NCBI GenBank assembly: GCA_951406725.2 | Contig: OX597835.1 | Coordinates: 4,712,001-4,776,000 of the forward strand | Length of the DNA stretch: 64,000 nt | DNA from: Octopus vulgaris | Lineage: Eukaryota | Reading direction: 5' to 3' | Part shown: positions 38,780 to 52,444 of the stretch, piece by piece | Layout of the letters: each line of letters begins with the position of its first letter | Position numbering within the stretch: position 1 is the stretch's first letter | Made by a program: the position numbers and the translations under genes | Notes under the pieces: model-generated | Told to the model about the DNA's origin: nothing | Database searches by the model: none | The model's input: the letters and a program-made list of their open reading frames with translations, nothing else

Positions 38780-39950
38780 CATTGAATTTCGATGCATGCC
38801 CACAACCTGAACGTTTCCTTCATTAGACCGAACTAACGGCCTTCTTCTGCAAGTACAGATACCCCGTTCGAAGATGAGCTCACCAACCTCTAAGTGGACA
38901 CCAAGCCTGAACCAACACAACTCGATCAATTTATCTGTCGATAAACGCCGTTTCAATTTTGGTGTCTTCAACTTGAAGAGACAACTAAGACAAGGACGGC
39001 CGCCCTATCATCTCAAACTGTGACTGCCCTATCGATCGTAGCTTAGCAAAATATCACATTGCGTTGCCTCACATTACCCTTACGATTGGTAAGGTCAAAC
39101 TCCTTTTCGCAGTGGGAAATAAATTACTCTAAACCGTCATCTTCCCTAACGACGGCTATCATCCATTAAACACTTTCTAGATCTTCGTAACCTGCCTGTA
39201 CCCAGCGCTACAGCACACATCTGCCTAGCCGAGCTCATTCTAACCCTCAATTGATTTCCTTTTCCCTGGAGAATTTTACAAACAAATCAGCAGAGTCACT
39301 AGAAGAACTGGGATGGGCCCAATTATACCACTCTCCTTGTAAGCCGCATTGAAGCGCATATCTTTACCCGACCCACCAAATACCTTCCGGAGCTGTGTGG
39401 TGATTATATTGACAACTGTGCCACCGCCCTCACCAGACAACAGCTCCATAATTTTGTCTTTCGTTAACACTTTTCCCTCACCCAGGAATTTACAGCCGTT
39501 GTTACCAGTAACTGTTAATGTTCTCGATATTTGCATCAAGTCCGCCTGTCCGCCTGTCCACCTGTCCGCCTGTCCACCTGTCCGCCTGTCCACCTGTCCG
39601 CCTGTCCGCCTCTGTCCACTTTAAGCCTAATGACTCTCATTCACATCTACACAACTCATCTTACCCCGAACACACTCAATCTGCCATGCTATTCTCTGAA
39701 TTCCTTCACCTTTGCCGGCTCTGCAGCATTTCGAATCCGAAAGTGAAAGAATGTGACAATTCTTCCTGAATCGAAGACAACTTCGATCAACTTTAGCTTC
39801 TGCACTTCTCCACGCCCAGGTCACCGATCATGTTACCTCTCTCTTACCCTCTTTACGCATACCTACAAAGCGTATTCACTCTCGTCCTCTCATCTTCCAC
39901 CCGCCCGTCCTTCCATTAACAGATAAACTGATCTTCAGCTTCTGAATTCT
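38780..39950 (+). mobile_element. Decayed Penelope-like RT
   Basis: CLAELILTLN, FYKQ..GMGPNY, YIDN (YIDD position), VNVLDI, SVHFKPNDSHSHL, SEFLHLCRLCS. Confidence 0.7.
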
Positions 39951-40650
39951 CCTGGAATTCACAAATTCTCATCTTTCTACCGGTTTTTGATGCCCCTCAC
40001 ACGAATATATCGTTTTCCCTCAACACTAGCCTTGTTTTGCCACCTTTGTAATTTGATTGCGATATGGACCGTTTTTATAACGTCATTTCACTCAAAATAA
40101 ATATGTTTCTCAATTTGTGAAAATTGTTTGAAACTACAAAATTGATTTGGCTCATCACATTAAATAACTTTTCTTCTTGGAGAATGAACTCAAAAAAAAA
40201 AAAAAGAAAAAAGGGAAAATGACATCTCGTGTTCTATGAATTATGTCTGGAGGGAAAGGATTTGATCAAAAACAAAACTGCTACTTAGGGCCATCTGATC
40301 TCAGACCAATATGAAAAGTGTTTTACTAACGAAACATATAAACAATCAGAATTCCTAAAAACTGCTTATTATCCAGTTTCTAAATAGACTAAAAAAGAAT
40401 TCTGTAATCCATATCCGACTTGATTTTTTTCTATAATTCTACTTCCATTTGTTATCCTACTCACTTAGTATTTTGTTGGTCGTAAAAACTGAAGGCGTTT
40501 CAGGCTTGTCATAATTTGCACTCTTGGGGTTATCCTAATCCTTAATACATATGCTATTTGTATAGACCCACTCTCAGGGGTCGCACGCATGTATATATGT
40601 AAGTGTGAGTGTGTGTGTGTATGTATATGGCATATACATATATATCAGGT

Positions 40651-40685
<35 letters not shown>

Positions 40686-40732
40686 ACATATATATGAATA
40701 TACACACGCACACACATAAATGTGTGTGTCTT

Positions 40733-41005
40733 TGTTTGTTCCTTCTCGAGCCACGCCTGGTTCATAAGGGCCGGTTTCCCGGTGGACACCGGTCCGTCGC
40801 AGGTGAGCTGCTAGATGCAGGAGGAAAGAGTGAGAGAAAGTTGTGGCGAAAGAGTCAGCAGAAGTTTCGCCATTACCTTCTGCGGGAGCCGCGTGGAGCT
40901 CAGGTGTTTCGCTCATAAACGCACCCATCGCCCGGTCTGAGATTCGAACCCGTGATCCCTCGACCGCGATTCCGCTGCTCTAACCACTAGGCCATGTGCT
41001 TCCAC
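40733..41005 (-). mobile_element. tRNA-derived SINE family C (V-domain-like 3' part)
   Basis: TGGCCTAGTGGTTAG..GGTTCGAATC..CCTGCGACGGACCGG..GAAACCGGCCC. Confidence 0.85.
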
Positions 41006-41059
41006 TAAATGTGTGTGTTTATCTGTATATGATACATGTGGATGCATGCTGTGTGTGTT

Positions 41060-41177
41060 TACTCTTTTACTTGTTTCAGTCTCTTTTTGCCGAACCGCTA
41101 AGTGACGGGAACATAAACACAGCAGCATCGGTTGTCAAGCAATGCTAGGGTGGACAAACACAGACACACAAACATAT

Positions 41178-41225
<48 letters not shown>

Positions 41226-41463
41226 ATATGGAAAACAAACGAACAATTGTATTAGTATGGCGCTCAGGAAATATAAATAAAACAAGTCTTTAACGTTTCG
41301 AGCCTAAGGCTTCTTTCAGTTTCCGTCTACCAAATCCACTCACAAGGCATTGGTCGGCCCGGGGCTATAGCAGAAGACACTTGCCCGAGATGCCACGCAG
41401 TGGGACTGAACCCGAAACCATGTGGTTGGTTAGCAAGCTACTTACCACACAGCCACTCCCGCA
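41060..41463 (-). mobile_element. SINE family A with a PLE-terminus-like piece (41221-41305) in its (TA)n
   Basis: Sequence match. Confidence 0.85.
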
Positions 41464-41687
41464 CCTATTATTCACATCTTATTCTTTTATTAATTGTGTT
41501 GTTGTTACCAGTTTGTGTTTTAAGATTTTTTCTTTCTTTTTTTTTATATTGACTTTAATTTTCTAGATATCGATCAATCAACGGATTACTAATTAATTGA
41601 TTACTTGTATGTGCATCGAAGTCATTGAATAGGGCTTCAGACATTGTGTCAGAGCTTTTGTTCTGTACACGCACGCACCCACGCACG

Positions 41688-41759
<72 letters not shown>

Positions 41760-41933
41760 TGAATACATCCACACACATACACATACACACCAGATGCATA
41801 AACACACTCACACTCACACATATGCAAATACCTGAAGATTTTCAGTGAGGAGGCATCCTGCATGTATATACAAGTCTATGTTTTTCTGTTATGAATTTAC
41901 TTTAATCTATATCATTATTATTAATATTAACAT

Positions 41934-42785
41934 AGGCATAGGAGTGGCTGTATGGTAAGTAGCTAGCTTACGAACCACATGATTCCGGGTTCAGTCCCAC
42001 TGCGTGGCATCTTGGGCATCTTGGCCTTCTACTAAAGCATCGGGCCGACCAAAGCCTTGCACATAGACTTGAGAGCCACCACACCAAAAGAATATGCATT
42101 CGTGACAGCAGCAAAAATTAACGCGGAAAAATCACTGGGCTTGCAACTCGGCACCTAGAGAGGCGTCGTGGTGAAACAATACAGCAGGGTTCGCTACCCC
42201 ACCCTGTCAGAGCCCCGTGGAGATTTAGGTGTTTTAGCTCAATAATCACTCACAACGCCCGGTCTGGGAACCGAAACCGGGATCCTATGACCGCGAGTCC
42301 GCTGCCCTAACCACTAGGCCATTGCGCCTACATGATATATACATATTATAACCCGATTTCATTCGGGCCTACTCGGGTTACATTTTAAAGATGAAGAAAT
42401 TTGCCGTAGAGGCCACGCATTTCAATTGAGCAAACTCAAAGTTGCCATGCAAACTCCCCAGCACTTTTAACATAGGTATGCAAAATTTCAGCTCAACCCG
42501 ACTGCATTTACTAACACTTTTGCCTGCACAACTGCTTGTGAGACAACGCTCACCCTTTTCACAAAAATATAGAAATGGCTGTGCGGTAAGTAGCATGTTG
42601 ACCAACCACATGCTTTCGGGTTCATTTCACCTTGGGCAGGTGTCTTCTACTATAGCCTCGGGTCGACCAAAGCCTTGTGAGTGGATTTGGTAGATGGAAA
42701 CTGAAAGAAGCCCGTCATATGTATGTATGTGTGTGTGTATATGTCTGTGTGCCTTTGTGTGTGTTTGTGTGTGTGTGTGTGTTGT
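41934..42785. mobile_element. SINE cluster: A head (+41934-42058), C (-42060-42330), A (+42570-42785)
   Basis: tRNA boxes A/B and family matches. Confidence 0.82.
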
Positions 42786-43324
42786 GAAATGTGAATATAT
42801 TTTTAACAACTTTTCTATAGACAATCATGGCTATATCATTCATATGTATATATAATCATTTGGATAAATTCTAAAACAGACAGTAGAAAGGCATTTAACA
42901 TTAGAAGAAAGTTTTCTTACCAGGTTTCCGCAAAATATTAAAACAGATACTTTCGTCTACTATTCGTTGACTCAGGATCTTCTCAAAGTATTTCTATATT
43001 ATATATATATATTATTGACATGCATATGTAGGTCCCGCCCCCAACACACAAACACATACACGGGCGCACACTCAGAGACACGAGCGTTGCGTGCGCACAC
43101 ACACACACACATAACACACACACGCACTCTCACTTTAACACATACACAGGCACGCAGATATACTAGAAGGTTCCACGTGACTGCGCAATATACTTCGTTC
43201 TCCGTCCTCATTGGCTGCATTTTCCGCTTTTTTTCTATCTTTTTTCTTAAACCTTTTTACATTAATCGTCCTTTTTCATTTTATACCGTGTGTAGTCTTA
43301 TTTTTTTTAATTTTGTTATTTATT

Positions 43325-43361
<37 letters not shown>

Positions 43362-43367
<6 letters not shown>

Positions 43368-43574
43368 TCTTTTACTCTTTTACTTGTTTCAGTCATTTGA
43401 CTGCGACCATGCTGGAGCACCGCCTTTAGTCGAGCAATTCGACCCCGGGACTTATTCTTTGTAAGCCCAGTACTTTTTCTATCGGTCTCTTTTTGCCGAA
43501 CCGCTAGGGTGACGGGGACATAAACACACCAGCATCGGTTGTCAAGCAATGCTAGGGGGACAAACAATGACACA

Positions 43575-43658
<84 letters not shown>

Positions 43659-43817
43659 CGACAGGCTTCTTTCAATTTCCGTTTACCAAATCCACTCACA
43701 AGGCATAGGTCGGCCCGGGGCTATAGTAGAAGACACCTGCCCAAGGTGCCACGCAGTGGGACTGAACCCGGAACCATGTGGTTGGTAAGCAAGCTACTTA
43801 CCACACAGCCACTCCTG
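43362..43817 (-). mobile_element. SINE family A, near full length
   Basis: Sequence match. Confidence 0.92.
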
Positions 43818-44039
43818 TTTATTTGATTAATTATTTATTTATTTTCTAGCATTCCCCTACCGCCAAAAACAATTCTGTTAATGATAGAAAATGGCAAATC
43901 AAATCAATGGGGAAAAACGGCTAATAAATGTCAGCGATCCGGTAAATATATTTTGTACATCCACAGAATGGAAGCACTCGGAGAATCAGACACTATTGTA
44001 ACGTTTCGGTTCAAAATTTCACCCACGTGATGTATATTA

Positions 44040-44174
44040 GTGCACACACACACACATGAACACACAGACACACACACACACACACACACACATAAACATA
44101 TACATACATATATATGTACATATGAATACATACTTATACATGTATGTATGTATGTATGTATGTATGTATGTATG

Positions 44175-44214
<40 letters not shown>

Positions 44215-44414
44215 CGTGTGTATATTTATATCTATCTATCTATCTATCGCTCTCTCTCTCTCTCTCTCCACATATATTTATATATATATATATATATATA
44301 TACCAATATATATATAGGCACACATGTATGTGTGTGTATATATATATATATATGTGTGTGTATGTGTGTATGGATATGACTGTATGCGTGTATGTATCAT
44401 CATCATCGTCATCA

Positions 44415-44449
<35 letters not shown>

Positions 44450-44504
44450 GTTGTTGTTGTTGTTGTTATTATTATTATTATTATTATTATTCTCATTATT
44501 ATTA

Positions 44505-44547
<43 letters not shown>

Positions 44548-44582
44548 CATCATTATTATTATTATTATTCTCATTATTATTA

Positions 44583-44617
<35 letters not shown>

Positions 44618-44640
44618 ATTATTATTATTATTATTATTAA

Positions 44641-44671
<31 letters not shown>

Positions 44672-44708
44672 ATTATTATTATTATTATTATTAATATTAT
44701 TATTATTC
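44040..44708. repeat. Mixed microsatellites ending in a ~310-bp (TTA)n array
   Basis: Direct reading. Confidence 0.95.
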
Positions 44709-46743
44709 TCCTGGAATCTTGCATGCGTAGCGGTCTTACCACCTGCAGCCTACAGTAACATGCTATTCGCTCTTTTGAGCTATCTAATACTTTCCTGATT
44801 ATTCTGGCCGTACCAAGGAGGCAAACCTTTTGTAACAATTCTACTGGGCACTCTATTCCAATTTCCTTTATATTCTTCTTCATGCTTTCTGATACTGTTC
44901 CCAAGGACCTAACAATAATTGGCTTTATCTTAACCTTATTTATTTTCTATGGACGGGCTATTTCGTACTTACGAGGGTTATATCTATCTGTCGTTTCGCC
45001 TTCTTTCTTCACTACTCGTGGGTCACAGGGGCAACCAACGTCAACTATATAGCATATTGGTGCACCTTGTCCACCACCACTAGGTCCGATCTGTTATGCT
45101 CTAGCACCTGATCTGTTGGCGTTGGGAAATCTCAGAGAGTTTTGCTAGTCTCCGACTCTGCCATTCTCTGCGGTTTGTCCTCATACCACGACTTGCCTCT
45201 CTCTAGCCCCCACTTTTCGCAGTTTCCGATATAGCGTTTTCGATACCTGGTCGTGTCACCATAACTTGTAGTGGTTTGGGGCAAGTCTAGGGCATTCGTT
45301 CCTAACATGGGCAATGGTTTCTCCTCCACTCTACTACATATGCGGCACAGCGGAGACAATTGCTCATTCCTGAGGTTGACCCTCCGGTTTGTGGCCAAAG
45401 CATGGTCTTGTGCTGCCAGTATAGTGTTCTCGGTCTCCTTTTTTTAGGGTTCCTCTTATCAGTCAATCCCACCTATGTTTTCCAGCAACTTCTGTTGTTG
45501 CTACATGGAATTGATTGTGTAGTTCTTTCTTGTGTAATTTTTCTTCATGTCCTTTTTGTACTTCTTCCTTCGTTTTCCTTCTTTTCTCTGCTTCAATACT
45601 CCCTCGTTCCTAACTGTCGCTAGCAACGTTTCCTTACTTTGGGCTAGGTATCTCAGGTATCTCATTAAGCTCACGAGTTCGATACGCACGCAGTCTTCCA
45701 TCTTCCACACTCATCAGTTCCCTGCCTCCATTTACTCTCTCCACGTATAGGCGAGCAGTGCCTGCGCGTGGATAATGGGCTCCACACATCGTTAGGAGCT
45801 TTCTTGGCTTTCTGTCCATCTCCTTTAGCTCCTCCTCTGTCCACTTCAGGATTCCAGCGCCATACCGAACTACTGCGACTGCGCGCGCTTATTGCCGGAA
45901 TTATGTTTCTGGCATTCAGCTCTGAATCCAGTATTTTTCTCACTCGCCGCAGGTACTCTATTTTTGCCTTTCCCTTCATGTCATGGTGTTTGATTCCATC
46001 TGCCTCAAGTACTCCCAGGTATTTATAGCTGGATTGAAGTTGAATTGCCTTCATCATTTCACCACTTGGCAACCACATGCCATCTGTACTGGCAAGCTTT
46101 CCTCGTCTCATCACCATCGTAGCACATTTTGATAGTCCGAACTCCATCTTAATATCATTGGAGAAAATCTGCATAGACTTGACTAGGCTGTCCAGATCTG
46201 CTTCAGTTTTTGTGAATAGCTTCAGGTCATCCACGAAAAAAAATAATGGATTAGGTTTTGCCTTACCTCTTCCCAGGTCATATCCCATCCTTTTTTTTCT
46301 GTAGTATTTCACTCAAGGGGAACTTTCCCAGCACGAATATCAGTGCGGACACACTGTCCCCCTGGAAGATTCCTCTCTTGATTTTCATCCTCTCCTAGTA
46401 CTTGCTTCCCCGCTGTCAATTCTGTTCTCCAGTATTTCATGCTGTTCCATATAAGGCTTCTCCTATTCCCTGCTACTCCATACATTTCCATTGTTCTTAT
46501 TATCCAGGAGTATGATATCATATCGTATGCTTTACGATAGTCGACCCACGCCATACTCAGGTTTGTGTGTCTTCTCTTGCAGTTTCTGATAATTAGATTA
46601 TCAATTAAGGAGCTGATCGTTCGTTCCTCGGTTCAATGAGCAGTAGCCCACTTTTTCCAAGTATCTGTATAGTTTACAGGCCAAAGCACCTGATATTAGT
46701 TACCACATTAGCGGAAGGCATGTTATTGGTCTGAAGTTGGATC

Positions 46744-46745
<2 letters not shown>
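44709..46745 (-). mobile_element. R4/Dong-type LINE, 5'-truncated (RT + CCHC + RLE + 3' UTR), between (TAA)n tracts
   Basis: NFRPITCLPLMW, AWVDYRKAYD, FVDDLKL, YKYLGV, CRICSRVEE, WDF..DLVVVDK, LQKVCLLGTARIIRKVL. Confidence 0.92.
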
Positions 46746-46795
<50 letters not shown>

Positions 46796-46799
46796 GCTA

Positions 46800-47345
46800 T
46801 TACATAAGATATAAGACATAAAATGCAGAGTGTACAGATGAAAAGTTGATACCAGATAAGATTGAAAGTCAAAAATTTTGGAGTGACATCTGGAGCAAAG
46901 ACGAGGAGCACAAGAAGGATGCTGAATGGTTGCAAGAACTGAAACAAACAGCAGTCTATCCAAAACAGGCAGAACTAGTCATTTGAGTTAGGGAAGTGAA
47001 GGAAATCAGGAAAAAAATGGGCAACTGGAAGTCCCCGGGATCAGATGGAGTTCAAGGCTACTGGGTCAAAAGATTTGGTGAACGTCACACACGAATAGCT
47101 ACACAACTCAACGCCTTGTTAAATACCGACCAAGTAACTCCAGATTGGTTGCCAATGGATAGGACAGTGCTAGTGCTGTTCTTGAAAAACATCGAAAAAG
47201 TCAAAACGGTAGACAATTACAGGCCGATATCCTGCTTGCCACTCTGGATGGTGCTCAAAAATAACGGGTGTTACCTTAGTCCACTGGTAGGGAATAGATG
47301 AAACCGTAGTACATCTCCAGCGTTAGAAGTTGTGCAAAGACAAAA
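46800..47345 (+). mobile_element. R4/Dong-type fragment (RT N-terminal part joined to 3' UTR)
   Basis: NWKSPGSDGVQGYWVK, NYRPISCLPL; 3' UTR matches 26560-26640. Confidence 0.85.
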
Positions 47346-47399
47346 ACAACAACAACAACAACAATGTTAATAATAAACTTGGGAATTGACGCAGATATG

Positions 47400-48098
47400 A
47401 AAAAAAAAAAGACAATGATATAAAAGAAAAGTCAAAGAACGAGCACCTGCAACGAGAGAGAAAAATATTGGCTTCAAATTTGAATACAAGAAACATAATT
47501 ACGGCCATAAACTCTCGCGCAGTTGCAGCAGTCCAATATGGTGCTGGAACGCTGAAGTGGACAGAAGAGAAGGTAAAGGATTTGGACAGGAAGACAACAA
47601 AGCTGCTCACGCTGCATGAAGCCCACCATTTACGTGCAGACACGTGCATGAAGAGAGCAAATGGAGGAAACGATTGGTAAGTGTGGAAGACTACGAACAT
47701 AACTCGGGAGCTTAATGAGATACTTATCCCAAAGTAAGGAGACCTTGCTCGTGTCAGTTAGGAACGAGGAAGTATTGGAAGCAGAGGAAGGAGGAAAAAC
47801 AAAGGAAGAAGTTGAAAAGGGAGAGGAAGAAGTTGAAAAGGGAGAGGAAGAAGCATTATTCAACATTGGACTACACAATGAATTCCTTACTCTTTTACTC
47901 TTTTACTTGTTTCAGTCATTTGACTGCGGCCATGCTGGAGCACCGCCTTTAATCGAGCAAATCGACCCCGGGACTTATTCTTTGTAAACCCAGTACTTAT
48001 TCTATCGGTCTCTTTTGCCGAACCGCTAAGTGACGGGGACGTAAACACACCAGCATCGGTTGTCAAGCAATGCTAGGGGGACAAACACAGACACACAA

Positions 48099-48167
<69 letters not shown>

Positions 48168-48875
48168 TACGACAGGCTTCTTTCAGTTTCCGTCTACCAA
48201 ATCCACTCACAAGGCATAGCAGAAGGCACTTGCCCAAGATGCCACGCAGTGGGACTGAACCCGGAACCATGTGGTTGGTTAGCAAGCTACTTACCACACA
48301 GCCACTCCTGCGCCTTGAAACATAGTTGGGATTGGCTGAAGAAAGGAGCACTGAAAAAAGATACTGAGAGCACTATTCTCGTAGCGCAAGACCAAGCTTT
48401 GACCACGAACTGGAGGGTCAATGTTAGGAATGAGCAAGTGTCTCCACTGTGCTGCATCTGTAATAGGGTGGGGGGAAACCATTTCTCATATTGCGAATGA
48501 ATGCCCTAGACTAGTCCGAAACCACTACAAGTTGTGGTGACACGATCGTGTAGCGAAAGTGCTACACTGGAATCTGCGAAAAGCGGGGGCTAGAGAGAGG
48601 TAAGACGTGGGTATGAACACAAACCGCAGGGAGTGGCGGAGTCAGAGACCTGGAAAATCCTCTTGGATTTCCCAATGCAAACAGATCTGGTGCTAGAGTA
48701 TAACAGACCGGACCTAGTGGTGGTGAACACGATACATCATATGTGCTGTATAGCTGATGCTGCGTACACTTTTGACCTACGAGTAGTCAAGAAGGAAGGC
48801 AAAAAAACTTGATATATACAATCCTCTTAAGTACGAAATAGTCCGGCTATGGAAAATGAAGTAGGTGAGGAAAGT
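47400..48875 (+). mobile_element. R4/Dong-type C-terminal fragment interrupted by SINE A (-47886-48314)
   Basis: LNTRNIITAINSRAV, TESTILVAQDQAL, CCICN, NRPDLVVV; same family as 44709-46745. Confidence 0.85.
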
Positions 48876-48879
48876 GCCA

Positions 48880-49142
48880 ATTGCTGACAGAAATTCAAAA
48901 GACAGTGCTCATGGGAACTGCCCATATCCTACGTAAAATACTGTCTATGTAATCTCAAATTTTAAAAAAATCTCATAATTTTCTTATGTTTTCGTAAACA
49001 TTCTCTAGAACAATACTATGTGCAAAACTAAATCTATTTCATCCTGGACATAACATCAACATGAACTTTTAGCTTCTTGTCTCTTGAGGTCTCTGGGGGA
49101 GACTTGGAGTCAACTTGTACAAATACAAAGCAAAAGTCAAAC

Positions 49143-49215
<73 letters not shown>

Positions 49216-49477
49216 CTGAAAACAGAAACAATTCCTATCATAGTAGATGCATTAGGCATGATAAAAAAATATTCAGACAAATACATAACAAAAACACCAG
49301 GACTTACAAACACATATAACATACAGAAAATTGCACTACTAGGCACTGCACACATCTTACGCAGAACACTTTCCATACAATAACCATCAGAGCATCACAA
49401 CAAATCACAGCACATACCCAAGGCACACAGAGCTGTGCTCGGTAGTGAAGTGAAAGCACGCTATAAAAATAAAACTA

Positions 49478-49510
<33 letters not shown>
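48880..49510 (+). mobile_element. Two further R4/Dong 3' ends in tandem, each followed by (TAA)n
   Basis: IQKTVLMGTAHILRKILSM* and IPIIVDALG..IQKIALLGTAHILRRTLSIQ*, with different 3' UTRs. Confidence 0.88.
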
Positions 49511-49513
<3 letters not shown>

Positions 49514-49605
49514 CATAAAATATGTATCACATCTCATGAATAAATGGCAGACATTGCTATAGCTCCAAACAAAAGAAGGAATCATATATAATAGCCGCTA
49601 CTCTA

Positions 49606-49795
<190 letters not shown>

Positions 49796-50142
49796 CTATG
49801 TATGCGCGCACGCACACACACGTGCACACGCCTACGCACGCGCATACAAATATTTTCAACCAGCTGACACTCGCAAGCAGGCCTAAGGCAATCTCTGACA
49901 TTCGATTCAGCTACGCGTCAAGAATGTAACGATTGCAGGGAGAGAGAATCGAACTGGTAACCAGCTGGTCCCCACCTCTTACATCAATGGGCATTGTGCC
50001 CGTCTGTCTGTCTGTCTGTTCGTCTCCTTGTCTGTTCCCCCTTCACGGCCGCCAGACGGTTGGACCAATGGCTACGATATTTTTCGGGATCACAAAGGTG
50101 GTCGTCAGGAAGGTTTTTTGGCATTAAATATATATATATATA

Positions 50143-50227
50143 AAGTTAATCCAAACAAGAAAACACAAAAATAAACACATCAACGCGAGGACGTGGAACA
50201 AATATAGTATTATTGGACGCTCAGGAA

Positions 50228-50236
<9 letters not shown>
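50143..50236 (-). mobile_element. Second copy of the 16949-17070 repeat, between (TA)n tracts
   Basis: GTTAATCCAAACAAGAAA..CAACGCGAGGACGTGGAACAAATATAGTATTATTGGACGCTCAGGAAAG. Confidence 0.8.
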
Positions 50237-50259
<23 letters not shown>

Positions 50260-50673
50260 AAGGGTAAGCAACATGTTGCTTAGCAACATACCGAAAAATT
50301 AGAAATAGCAGTCAAAGACCGCTTCTTTCTATTTTCTACAAATATAATTCCGTAACTAGCCGAAGACTTTGTTTTCGTTATTAAACACTAAACACCATAT
50401 TATGCAGAGCTGAATTTGACCTATCGATAAGGGACTGAGGGAGCAGGCGTTCGCATACTAGCATTGGCAAGGGGTGAGGCATGACACCAACACATTTAAT
50501 ATTCGTAGTAACATATTTTATTGTGATTAATTTTCTGTCAGGCGTAGACACAGGCAGACATTGGCAACGATAAATTAAATACGTTCACTATTTTTCGAGC
50601 CAACCTGCCAAAGATAAGATGCGTAACCCCAGAACGTTGAGTCGAGAAATTTTTCTAGACTATATCACAACGT

Positions 50674-50990
50674 GGAGGCGCAATGGCCCAGTGGTTAGGG
50701 CAGCGGACTCGCGGTCGGAGAATCGCGGTTTCGATTCCCAGACCAGGCGTTGTGTGTGTTTATTGAGCGAAAACACCTAAAGTTCCACGAGGCTCCGGCA
50801 GGGGTTGGTGGCGACCCCTGTTGTACTCTTTCGCCCCAACTTTCTCTAACTCTTTCTTCCTGTTTCTTGGGTAACGCTGCGATGGTTGGCGTCCCGTCCA
50901 GCTGGGGGGGGGGGCACATACGCCACAGAAACCGAGAAACCGGGCCCATGAGCCTGGCTAGGCTTGAAAAAGGCACATAAAATAAAATAA
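50674..50990 (+). mobile_element. tRNA-derived SINE family C, full length, V-domain-like body
   Basis: GGAGGCGCAATGGCCCAGTGGTTAGGG..GTTTCGATTCC; CTGCGATGGTTGGCGTCCCGTCCAG; (TAAAA)n tail. Confidence 0.88.
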
Positions 50991-52444
50991 AAAATATCAC
51001 AACATCGGCTCATAAGACCACTGTTTCAGTTCTCTGGTCGGACAACGTCTCATCTTGCTATGAGATCCGAACTGGTTTGAACTTGAATTCCTTCCCTCAC
51101 TTCAAACGACTCTACTCATCAAGTGTGTTCTGGTGAATTTAAAACACGCCTTTTGTCCTCAAATAAATAGGGTTTTGAGAGCGATATGAGTATTTAATCT
51201 GTTTCGCTTGACCCGTCTGAGAGCACTTTGTCATCGTTATTCTGAATCAACTGTCCATATCTTGACTGTCATTGATGATGACAAGCACTCATTTGACGGT
51301 AACCCTCTGAATCTCCGTATATGACTGTTTTCTCTTTAAGATGTTTTCATGGTTTGCCACTTCTAGGTAAGTCATGGGAGCAGTCATTATTTTTCTTAAT
51401 AAGCTCCACGCTGGAATGTAGAATCCATCTAGCAGACAGTCACCTGATATAGCTGAACAATGTGCAGTGAAGGGATAAAACCAGACACTTTCTCATCTAT
51501 AGTGCCACAACTAGCAAAAAATGCTTTAGAAACACCAAGAATAACAGATTTTGAGACCTTAATTTATGCTTCAAAGTTTATCAATTTCTCCAAGTTTATC
51601 TTACCTTGTGGAGCATCCGATACATAAGCCTGTCCTCCGTCAACCAGCGAAGCAAAGTGTATGTATGGTCATGTTCGATACTAGTAATAGCAAGCAAATC
51701 ATACTTTAATATGTTCAGGAAGGAAGTCCGTATTGCTGCCGTGTAGCCTTAGATACCTAATATCTTAAAAGGAACGGCAGGACCAGGACTGAAACAGTTT
51801 TGGTGAAATGACTGTTTTATCAAATTGACCTGGAACTAAATGATAACAATGATCCGGGTAAATTTTTCCCTTGATTCTTCCGGGTCAACATAAAAAATCG
51901 GCAGTTCCGGTTGATGAACTCGTGGAATTACCTGGTCACCGTACAGGATGGTTTGTAATGCACTAAGAAGAATTTAAGTTCAGATTCTGCCATATTCTTG
52001 TTAGTTGATAGGCATAGGCCGTCACTTGATCTAAAATGACCACTTGGTCTTTGTGTGCTTTTGGCAGAGGTCACTCTCTCCTTGAGCACCTCTGGTGGCT
52101 TCCACTCTGTTATAAGCATATGAACCAAGTTCCCAGCTGAAGGGTGCCTTCCTCTTTTATTCCCACCAAACTTGGAGGCCCTCAGAAGGGTCATGAACTG
52201 CATCCTTACTCGTAACAAAGGTATTGATGAAATATCATGTAAAGCAGCTATGAACGAAGAGAACGACCAGAGAAAATCATACAAGTCTCAAAAGATTCCT
52301 CGCTGCATGGCAACCGGTGGGTTCTGCTTACACCTAGTCTACATTCTACAATGGATTTCTTTCATAGTTTTTTATATTATAAACAGCCTATTTATAAACT
52401 TCCATTGGCTAAAGATTTTTAACTGTCTATATTACATGTACCGA

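Noticed and set aside
50674-50750. tRNA gene
   Set aside because: Continues into a SINE body, is multi-copy and lacks a proper cloverleaf; the same applies to the other heads
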